Assembly: GCA_035084275.1 (NCBI GenBank) | Contig: CM068755.1 | Span: 14,446,001-14,510,000 of the forward strand | DNA length: 64,000 nucleotides | Reading direction: 5' to 3' | Source: Hydrolagus colliei | Lineage: Eukaryota | Shown: positions 13,201 through 25,200 of the stretch, piece by piece | Numbering within the stretch: the stretch's first letter is position 1 | How the letters are laid out: every line of letters begins with the position of its first letter | Translations under genes and position numbers: made by a program | Notes under the pieces: generated by a model | Database searches by the model: none | Seen by the model: the letters and a program-made list of their open reading frames with translations, nothing else | What the model was told of the DNA's origin: nothing

Positions 13201-16200
13201 TCGCGTCCACTAGCCTGGTAATTACTGAACAGCTCGTGATGTATTGGAAGATTATTTAAAAATATCAAGTTCAGTACCGATACAGACAGGGTAGTTAGAA
13301 GAAACTAATACAAACGAGTATTGCTCACCCCGTAGAATTTAAAATGAACACAATCCCGAGGGAGGATAAGCATTGCATTTTACCTCAACCTAAGTGACAA
13401 ACCCCATACCTTCTTAATTCAATCGCACGTCGTATACGTTGCAATCGAACTAAGCGTTCCCGAATCTTTTGTTGTTTTATCTTCTCAAATGGTAAAATAT
13501 CTTTTCTCTCTTTACTGCTTGGTTTACTCGGAATAGGTTTTTCTTTGCTTTTTGAAGTGGACACCTGCAAAATAAAATGAAGGACTAGAACAATTCTCCA
13601 TGTTATGCCTCTCCTCCTTTGCTATTAAGGCTAGGGAGTCAGTCCTATAATCACTAATGATTTGGTTTCACTTTTGTTTGGAGACAGTGTTCATGGTATA
13701 TGTAATTAACATGCCCTTTTCCAATTTAGTGGCTTTAACCCATCTGATATTGCCATTTTATGAAAGCTAAAATACAAATGTCAAGACAAGGTTAAGAATC
13801 AAACCTCTTCCGCAACTCGACAAGCTGCACAAATTAACATTTTAAAGAGCTACTCTGTCACAAGATCTCAACACCAAACTTCTAATCAGGCTTTCCTTCA
13901 AAAATCACAATCAGCCATGGGTGGGTTGACATTTAACAGAACACATGCAGATTAAGTACAATTGGTTTAAGTTTCAAATCCGAAATGCAACCTGAACTTT
14001 TAATTTTTTTTTCTTTTACGAAAAATAAATGGTGCAAGATTAAAAGTGTGTTATGAGGCTATGAATTGGTTGATAAATAAACAAAAATGTTCTCCTGGAT
14101 GCTCACCGGCTCACTCTTGCCTTTCTTGACAGTTTTCACACTGACCACAGGTTCCCCCTTAGCTTTGTCAATAACTACCATACGGTGAGGACTCTTCACA
14201 CCTGGGGAGCAAAATAAAACATCAGAAAAATCTAATTTGCTGGTGGTAAAATGGTGGCAATCATTCCTTTATTGACCAAATCATACAATAAAATCCAAGT
14301 GCATACTTCTTCGCCTTTTATCATCTGCTTTTTTGGAATGGTCATGATTGCTGCATGTATTTTCCTTTTCATCCCTCTTTTCTTGTTTCTTCATAGGATT
14401 TGACCCATCCTTGCTTTCTTTTTTGTCTCCAAGCTTTTCGGTTTTCTTATCTTCCTTTTTGGACGACACCTGGATCCTTATATTGATAAGGGAGTTTAAA
14501 GAAACAATAAATGCTGTAACTCTGGATCAGAATTAAAAGGCTAACTCGGTTTAACATGTTTCTATATTATAATAATGGTACAAGTAATGGTACACTTATG
14601 ATCATTAATTATCTTAAAAGACCTAACTGTCACAAAGAATAATCTGGTCAATAAAATTGTCACTGACATGAGATTCTGCTGATGGATGCATTCTCGGAAC
14701 AATTATTGACGCCTGCAAAAATGTACTATTCTTTATACCAAACTTCATTTTTGCTATCATCACTTCCTATCATCCCTAACATTCAATGATTCTGCACAGA
14801 CGGCATTTGAACAAAAACAATTACAAAGTGGAGCAAAATTCAAGTAGCCTTTAGCATTGGTTTTAATGTGGACATTTTTCTTGTGCACATTTTAATTGTA
14901 CATTATCTCCTATGGACCAGTACATGCATGCCAAGCTCAGAATTGCTTTTTGGGGGATACATAGATATTTAGTTACCAGCATTAATACTGAATTGGAAAT
15001 GTTGGCTTGCAGTATGAGAACTCCTGCAGATAGTTTTCAAGGGCGTTTGTGTTAACCTCCACTTTACCATGACATGTACAAAGATGTTATTGACACAGAT
15101 ACAGTCTGCTTTATTTGAAAGGAAGATTATGCTCTTTGAGACAAATGACTGAGCAGCAGCTTCACTGAATAGCTTGAACAACTGGCCTTTACTATTGCAT
15201 CTTGCACAAGCCAGGGTCCATGAACTTCATAACCGAGGAAGTCACTTGAAATTGGCACAGTTCAAGGAATTATCCAGATATTTCATGTACACCCAGTGCT
15301 TAAACACTTATACCTTAACCCAGCATTTACTTACTTGCTGCTGGTTTTCCCACTGCTCGAAGACTTCTTATCACTCCCATTTCTACTCGAACTTGTCTTC
15401 CCGCTGCCATCTTTTGTTGAGCAGTCTTTTTTGAAAGGGTCACTTTTCACCTTAAAGACAATTTGGAATTTGTCAAAGGCAAAACAATGATTTGATAAAA
15501 CTAGACGTAAGGAATGATCCAACATGGAATCTTCTGTTCTGACATTTAAATTCAAAAAGCGTTCCTGTATATAGATGTTTTCTTTATATAGATGTGTACT
15601 AATTGGAACATATGCGTTTCCCCACAAATATAGTCAATTTTCCTACTCTTCTTCATCCTGCCCCGATCCCTCCCCACCTGCTCTTGTCCCTCCCTAACTG
15701 TACTGCGCCTTTGGACATCCTCTCGATGTGAAAGACGCTATATAAATGTAAGGATTGATTGATTGATTGATTTGGGATCAATCTCAGATAGTGGGGTCAA
15801 TTCAAGAGATACATTTGTCCCCCTTGAATGTATCTGGATTTATTAAACTTATTTTGGATAGTGACAGCCATAATACTAAGATATTGGACCAGGAGTAAGA
15901 ATCAAGAGCATTTGAGTCAGTTAGTCAGCGCAATACTGTCTTTTTAATAATAATGCTTGCATTTGATATAGCGCCTTATCACATCTTCAAGACGTCTTAA
16001 AGCGCTTCACAGATTATACTGTAAAGTGACTTGACTGTGCACTTTTAATACAAATGACCCAACCCTAAGCAGCCAATTTTACACACCATTGTCCCACAGT
16101 CATGGATTGCGTGACCAATTTATAATTTATTTCAAGAGAATCTCTGGAAAAGCAATCCACCAATCGACTAACAACGAGTTCCTACTTACTACTAGGTAAA

Positions 16201-19200
16201 CCCGAGGTGTGTGGAGTAAGGAAACTTGCCTAACATGTATATTACCATTGCAAATAGCATTGAGGTGGGGAGTGGAGGGTCTACTTTTGCTATATTTGAT
16301 GTAATCAGCAGAATTCCATCGAGGTTTTTTCCATTTGAAGTCTTGTGCAAATGAATTGCAGGTTATTAGCAGTTAGGCCCTCCTTATAATGTTAAGCATA
16401 TTTAAAATGGACTATTCTATATGGCAAATGTGTATTATTTACTTTCTCAACAGAAATCTGCTGCCCATGCAGCTCTGTGCGATGCAGGTGGGAAATACAC
16501 CTCGACACCTCTGTACTTGAAGACATTGTCACAAATCCATAGCATCGAGCACCAGGACTGCGAGCGTTGGTCACTACCTTTGCACTCAGAACCTAGGGGC
16601 AAAAGAATAAAATTCAGCATGAGACATCATTACCAGCATCTTCATTAACGTCAATCTGACACCGGGAAGGAATATAGCATGTAGTATTAAACTGTCATAC
16701 CTTTCCATATTTACTGAACAGGTTCTTTAGATCAGCTGCTTTAGTGTTGGAAGATAGACCACTAATCCACAGGTTCTTGGTTGAGCTGCTACTGCTGCCA
16801 CTGGTGCTCCCAGAACTGCTGCTAACACCTCCTACAACAGAAGTGAAAATAAAACCATTGACATGACTATACACCCTATGGAATATTTCACTCAGTTGTT
16901 ATATAACTTATCTGAATATTGCATAACAATAACATTACATAACTTCATCAGATATTGTAGTACGGCAGAGACACATATGACAGTCACCCCACTAATGCGG
17001 TTAGGATTTTTTGCAGCTTTTTTCACTTGAAGATTATATAGTAGCCATACACACTACTGAGGTCAATCCGTTACTATAGTCAAAATTATTCAGTTTGTTT
17101 GGTGACCTTATTTGTGAATTTCCTCTGTACTGACATGAACTTTGAATGTAAAATGATAACAAAAATTCAATACAACAAGAAATCAATTATTGAGTCACCT
17201 TTTTCATCCTTGGTAGCAGCCTTATCTTTGGAGTCCTTACTTGAACTATGAACACAAACGAATATTAGAAGCTGCACACAAACCAAAGTACTCAAGAACA
17301 ATAAGTGGAACTAATCCTTTAGACAAAATACTGCTGTACCGATTTATAAAGTAATGCATTAAAAAAACATCAAACCAAGCATATTGGTTAAAATATAAAG
17401 AACCTAAAGAATCTCTAGTCACAAATATACAGAAGCCAACCAGGCCTACATTTGAACAAAATGGTTCCAAAATGGACTCTTGCATCGATATTCCAAAGCT
17501 GCCTGAAGGTCAAGATTTGTGCCAATTCTATTCAGTGAGCAAATCACAATCTTCTCCAGTAATCAGGAGTGGTAGTTTGGATTCCATACTTGAGAATTCT
17601 CCTTACTTGGCTTCATTGTGATTTTTTCATATGGCGTGCTGATTGTTCAGGATCAACACAAAAGTTATTTAAAAAATAATGTATTTTTTTTAAAAAAAAC
17701 TTCTAATTGTCAAAAAAGGATATAAAAGCAAAAACCGAAGTGTGCAGAAGAAAAAATAGGCAACGATAAACGCAAGCTCTCAATATTGCACCAGTCTTTT
17801 TTAAAAAAAACTCACCGTCTTTCAAAATAAAAACATACAATGTTAAGGTTCTTAAAAAAGGATTACCACATACACTGGCTTGTTAGGTATCAGATTATAG
17901 AGCTGTGAATACTCACAAATGCAGACCGATCTTACTGTTGATACTCGGTATGAGAAATTGACATAGAAAAACAAACCTCTTTGCTTGACTGGATGCCCCA
18001 GCTGATGAGGGGCCTTTCTTTGAAGAATCTCTCTCTTTATCTCCACCTTCAGCTTTTCTAGATCCTTCTCTGGCTTCCTTCTTCGACTCGGCTTTCATCC
18101 CCTCCTCTTTTCTTCCTTCCTTATGGTTTTTCTCTTTCTTTCCCTCATTTTTGACTTCTCCCTCTACGTGCTCCTGGGACTGGGGCTCCTTTTCAGCTTT
18201 GGGTTTATTCACCTCACAATCTGGTGTTTTCGGGTTTTTACCTGTTTCCAAAAGGTCATCCCCATCGAAGTCCAATGTGATGGCATCTTCTGCTTGGATT
18301 GTGACCGAAATGTTATCGTCATCCGCTTCTTTCAAAGACGCACTGGGTGCAGTTTCATCTTGAATAGTTTGGTGAGCCTCAGCGAGGCCTTCCTCTGAAG
18401 GTAGAGTTTTTGACACTTCACGAGAACCGTCATCTATATCATCTACATCTGAGAGATTTAACAGGAATAAACATGGCAAAAATACAGGTTTAAAAGTCAA
18501 AACTTTTACCTAGATGGTGACCTTATCATTGATATTCAAAAAAAAATAACAATTTACCTAAACTCAGAAGGTTAGAAAACTATAAGGTGCAGCATGTGAA
18601 TCTGACTTCCTCAATGACAGTTGTTATGTGCAATACCTTTGGGTTACAAAGTCTTCTGTGGCAGCACAAAGATCATTACAGAGGCATTATTCTTCGTTGA
18701 AGGAATCCCAGGTGCAAGCCTTCTCACACAATGCAATCTGTCCGTTTTTCCCCCAAGTCAAGGTCTGTTTTCATTTCATATTCATCACTTCAACAAAGTT
18801 CAACAATCCACCAAGGTCCTCTGATGTGAGCATTCCTCACATGTCTGGTAAAATCCATTGGATGAAATGGTCCATGCAAGCCGTGTTCTCACACATCCAT
18901 GTGCACGCATCCAGATTCGGAAGGGCATAAGTCGTCTTCAACACAATGCCATATCCTGCAATGCATTTCAAAGAATCCATCCATCATCTTCTGATTGCTT
19001 AGTTTTGGTGACAATATACCAATGGGAACAGGATGAAAGTCTTCGGCGCAATCAACATCTTTTTTTTCCCACCCATCATCGAGATCACATAACAGTGACA
19101 ATCTTCATTGTGGAAAGTTACATCTACTCACACGTCCGATTCTGAGCTTCCATAGTTCCAGTGTAAAGCAGATCATTGTTCATAGATGTTGCCTCCAAGC

Positions 19201-22200
19201 ATGGATTTTCATTGTCCCAACTATGGTTGCTAATTTTTTTTTAAAGAGCTTCTGGACTCTTCAGATTCTAGCCACCCCGCACTCCCCAATTACTGCAGTA
19301 CAAGTAACAGAAATGCACATCACAATCATTTCCAGCGAATCAGATTTAAAATGAGTGTGTGTAGTTTTGTATTAAGAAGGCTCCAGTTAAACTGAGAGAA
19401 ACAAAGTCATATTAAATAATCTTTTCTTATCCCTTTTCCATTATTTGTTAAGGAGAGTTATGCACTGTCAGTCACGTAAATTATTGTGAAAGAACAGAGG
19501 TTCCTCATTCCGATTATTCATATAGTATTGAAAGCTAAAATTGGCCTAATTCAAGACAAAAAATAATAATAAAAATAATCCTTGCATTGGATATAGCAAG
19601 TTATCACATCTTCAAGATGCCTCAAAGCATCAAATTCATTTAATTAATTGTTTCATAAGAAAAACAACGAAAATGTGCTTGTGCTGTGCATGTTCATAAA
19701 TGTACTCTAGTAATTGGCATGAATATTCTGCACCTTTTTACAAGACACATTTGGATTAAAAAAAGAAATCCCAAGTATATTTGCTATCCCCAAAGCAAGT
19801 AGGCATTTTAATCCCATGCTGTTAAATCTAGTGCCTTGTAATGGTTTTCCAACCTTCAACTATAAATTGGTCTAAAATGCAGTCATGAAGAAAACTGAAA
19901 GGAAGATACAAACATTGCAAAGTAGTAGTGGGGAGTCACATACCTTTTTCATTCTCATCCTCTTCTGCTTCCTGAAACATCAGTTTAAAACCAATTACTC
20001 TCTTAACAAAAGCAACTTTTGAACTTCACAACTTTACATCACTGTACAGTTAAGATAAATCTTAAATCTAGCTTAACAGTGGACATACAAACTAAGCAAT
20101 CTGAAAATTGCCAATAAATATTTGTGTAAAAAAACCAAAGTCACTATATGTATATCTATATATATATATATATATATACACTAAGGTGAAAACATGAGAC
20201 GATAGGAAAAACACAAGTGCTGCATGAATTGAAGATTGAAAAAAGAAATACCCCAGCTGACCATCTTATTTTCTTTCCATTTTTAATTCTGCTCTATTGG
20301 TTTTCTGTCCACCTTTTAACATTGTGTATGTAACCTGTTCTAGCATTCCTATAGCCTACATTTTTTTTCACAAATCCTGACCCCTACTTTGGAAAATTGG
20401 AGCACCTTTTTTTTGAAAAAGGTAATTGGATTGAAACTAGTTCAACAAGCCAATTTAAATACACAAGACCAATGACTGATCATAGCTGCAACCAGTCATT
20501 TTTTGACATGTTTTCAATCATTAAGCTAGAAGTGGAAATCATGAATATAAATAAGTCGACTCTTCCCCACTATCCAAAAGAGATAATATCTTGATGCACC
20601 AGCACATCAGCAATACTCTTGGGCATAAAATGATAATGTGTTGCAAAACTTGCTTAACTTCACTGCAGAACATTTGAACCAATAAAATATCCATCAGCAA
20701 AAATGCATCACACCATAGGGAAGAGAAGAATTCTACATGGTGACGTACTGTATCATGTCCACTTATGTAAACAACTGAAAACATTATTAAGATTGGAGGA
20801 AATTGGATTTGATAAAACTAAGATATTTTCTTCCATGAAAATAAGCCCCCATCCAAAACGAGTAATCCAGAACTGCTGGAATTATAAAATTGAGCTGACT
20901 GGTTAAATAAATGATTATTACTGGCAACTAATGGTAGATCAATTCACTTAAATGTTTTCATATTCATTTACTTAGATGTTTTGAAACGTAGAAAGGCCAA
21001 GTTCTTTTTAGAAAAACAAGGGCACACAAAAAGCACGCAAAGACATCATGGAAACTGCTTTCAATAATTGGAAGTGCAAAATCAATTGAACTAGCAGCTA
21101 GCTTTTTAATACTTAAAAGTTACAAATCATAAATGTGACCAAATCCAAATACTGGATAAGGCAAAAATTATTCAAATAATCCATGTAATTCTATATATGA
21201 CCCATTATGGTTGTAAATGTATTTAAAAGATATAATGATATACTAAACCAAATAGATCTCTAGTTAAAAGTTCATCTACTTCTTCAAGAATGTCCTCTTA
21301 ATTTTCTCTCTCAACCTGAATGAACAAAATGAGCCAGCGACTAAATCCCAATATTAAAGTGCTTGATTTCCTACTCATTTCAGACAAGGTTAATGATATC
21401 AGCAGGTTTAGATGTAACATGACACATTTTATCATCCTGCCTCAGTTCCTTTCAAATAGTTCAAAAGCTATTGATGTTTTCATTAACATGCAATTCCAAA
21501 CGTTGCTTTCATTTTCCGAAAAAAGTGAAGAACATTTGTGATTAATTCTCAGTGGTTGAAGTAGTGATACAAATTCTAATTTCATAATGGTAGTAAGAAA
21601 ATTATAAATCTATTGGTTCGTATTTGGAATATTGGCTTGATGATTCTTTGCACTCCTCTATATTCCTCACTTGCACATATCTCCTCTTTAAACATTTCAA
21701 TTGACTCTACATCTGTATGTCATCCTGACGTGAAAGGCACTATACAAATGTAACTTTGGTGCGTCGTTATTGTAGTACTGTAGGTGGAGATTTCCTGGCT
21801 ATGCATTCATTTCATACTCAGCCTTTTGTGTGATGAGATTTCTATCCTCACCTTTAATCGGGTCAACTCTAATTAAGATCATATCCCCTCATTCGGAATT
21901 TGTCTACCATGCAGAAGAGTCCTTTGCTCCATCTAACTTTTCAACTCGATCCTTCATCTTAAATACTACAATTAAATCACCCTCAACCAACTATAACCCA
22001 GTCATAATCTCTCATCGTAAAATACTCCTGATCTCACATATAGCTCTGGTGAATCATTACCAGAATTTCCTCATTGCCACAATTCAAAAAGAGATGAGAG
22101 ATTGTCCTGTTGTCCTAGCGCACAATCCCTCTGATAACATTGATTATTATTATTAATTATTATTGATGATTTGGAAACAAATCCCCACAATTCTTCTTCG

Positions 22201-25200
22201 TCTATTTTCAGTAATTCCTACCACCCTTTTAAAGCGTGGCTAAAAATCTAATTTATGGCCTTTTTTCCCCTCCCTTAAGCCTGATACTGAATGTATCATA
22301 CCATGATCACTATTCCAAAGATGCTCCCTTACTATCAAAATTTCTGTTTCCATCCTTGTTTCTCATAATTAAATAATAACATTATTTTCTCCTGTGTTTT
22401 TAGCTGTTTAGAAAACAATGCTGAATGAATTCAGTTTCTACTTTCTTTTCTACTGCTGCTAAGTCGCTGTCCGGTGTGGAGGACACTATATAAATCGAAG
22501 TTGTTGTTATTATTGCCCTCTTATATATGAAAATTTAAATCTTTCATTATTACCACATTTGTGTTCTTGCAGACTTGTCTGATTTGTGTATAATGCATTT
22601 CTCCGTCAGTTCTACAAAAATACTCCAGTGTGCTACACTCTTTCGATACACCTATAAGAATTCCACCTGCTGATTGCTCTCTTTACATTCCTCTTTTCAA
22701 CTGTCATGCTGTTGTCATAATAAGGTAGTGACCAGATGTCACTGATGCACAATAGTCTGTCAAGGCAACTGAAAATATACATACTGTATTTTCACATAGG
22801 TATCTGAATTGTTTTCCCACAAGTCAAGACACATCCATAGCTTATGCAGGCTATAGCTAAATTTCAACAGTTGTCCTGTAAATGGTTCTCTACCCAGATC
22901 AGTATTTATCTTCAACCAGTTGACTCCATATTCTGCTTGCATAATCAAAAGACTAATACTCCAGAACAAATGTACCACTCAATCACTTGTTTCTACGGTT
23001 TTAGTCAGATTGTTACCAAAGTCCCTCAAAAGCAATATATTTTAATTTCTAATCTTTTAAGTGTATTTCACATTAGAACAACATAATTTAGAGAGCAACA
23101 GAAGACCCATTAACTTTCTACACAAATATAATGTCAACATTGGATTTGATGAGGCAATAAGATGCTTAGCAGGTAATTTGCCAGACACCACCAGGCAGCA
23201 TTTTAGGAGATACCTTTTTACCAAAATTTGTATTTATATAGTATCCCTAAAGCAGGGTAACATCCCAAAGTGGTAGATGTTTTTCATTCTAAAATGTATT
23301 ACAAATGTTATTGTTTCAGAAGGATTTCACAAGAAAATTGAAGAACACTTTCTCTTCTCGGCTCTCCTGTATTCCACAAAGAGTGAAGTGTGATTATATA
23401 TGAAATGAAATGATTGAACAGGTGAACAGAACAAATTCACCAAAAACAGTACAGCATTTTAGGAAAGAAAGTAAAGATCTCTTTTGCGTTTCCTATGTTT
23501 AGTAGGAATCTTGAGTGCTTTAACTATTACGCAACACCTTTCAGAAGACCAAAAAAGATCAGAAAGTCACTGAGAATCATAGGCTCACTTGGCAGGCAAA
23601 CATAATCAATTAATAACTAAAGTACAATTAATTATGTGATTAAAACATCTCTGGCTAAGTACCCACTTTGATGTTTTCTCTCCAGAACTAAAGGTATACA
23701 TTCACCTAGATCCTCATACAATTTCATGAATTGTCACTGAAATTTCTCCAAGGTTTATGAACTGGGTCTCCTAAATCCCCTTGTTCACAATCTCTCCTCA
23801 GTACATTCCCATTTTCACATCCAAAAAGTACCGCTTTATTTTTTAAGAGGTGGGTATTGCCATCCCGAAAGGAAATGCCTGCTATTATCCACTAATTTAG
23901 TTAATTTGATATTTGTGACTGATTTCCATTTTGTTTACTGCAAGATTATGAATCACTACAAGCCAGTTTAACATGCAAAAAATGACATTCAAGTTGAGGG
24001 AAGAGTTAAAAATGGAGTGGTACAAATTATAAATGGCACTTGCGAATTAGAATGAGAACACCACCTATCTTTTACCATTGCCAAATTTTTCTTTTTTTAA
24101 AATGATGATCATTAAATCCCACTGGACAGTTAAAACACAAAAATCTGACTGAGCGACATCTAGAATCCAGTTTAGATCATCAGATAATCTGTTGTGATGA
24201 AATAGTTATGTGATGGACATGCAATTAAGTTAAATCAATTTAAGAGCTGGAATGCTTCCTATTGATTTATGAAAACCAGACATTTTTGTACCTGGCCTTC
24301 AGGATCCAAATCCTCAGAAATTTTAACTTCAGATGCATGTTGACTTGAACTCTTAGGCAACTGTTCACTGACTGAATCACAATTTTTATCCACCTTTTCC
24401 TCAGCTTCAGTGGTCTTCTGATCCTCTGCTCCATCTTGATCACTTGTATCCTGAGAATCACTCTGGATTGCATCTATATCAGTTTCCATCTATTACAAGA
24501 CACTATTATTTACACTTCTAAATATAATATAGAAGTCAAGGAATGTATACGTTTAACTGAGTGTTTGAAAAGAAAATCTGGGGTTTATTCCTTTTAAAAC
24601 CAGAAAGGCGTTTGCCGCACAGTTCAGGAATACAACAGGAAGGCTTGTGAAATGTAATCATTTTAAGCAGGATTAAAAAGTTCTACCTCACTGCCTATGT
24701 ACAACAATCACATTTAATGAATTTTAAAATTGAAGAGTTGGTTCTACCATTACAAAACTGTAGGTGATACATTAGAACTGAGTCAACCAAAGCAATGCAA
24801 TTAAACAAGTAACAAAGAGAGGAAATAAACAGATTTAAGGACCTATCCAGTATATTATTTTTCAACTGACAGTTTCAAACAGTTTTTCTTAGCTGAGTTA
24901 TTGATGTACCTTCTTACCACTTTCATTCTCACAGTATCCACCACCTGATTAAGAAATGCATTTTGTATTTACCTTGCTATTGCCATCCTCTTCCATGCTA
25001 GCATCACCACCAGCTTCATCAGCATCGTTTTTTTTCCCTTAGGAAAAATTAAATAGGAGATCACTCTACATTTTTCTATCTAACTGGCTGCCATAAATCC
25101 CCACCTTTAAAATCTCTGTCAGATTACTTCTGACAGTGACAATACAGTGTGCCCCAAAAACTGCACAGGAAGGGTGACCCAGACTATAAGAGTTTGAAGT

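Noticed and set aside
18563-18788. Possible intronic C/D snoRNA (GTGATGA...CTGA on - strand)
   Set aside because: Boxes about 220 nt apart with no convincing terminal stem or recognisable guide
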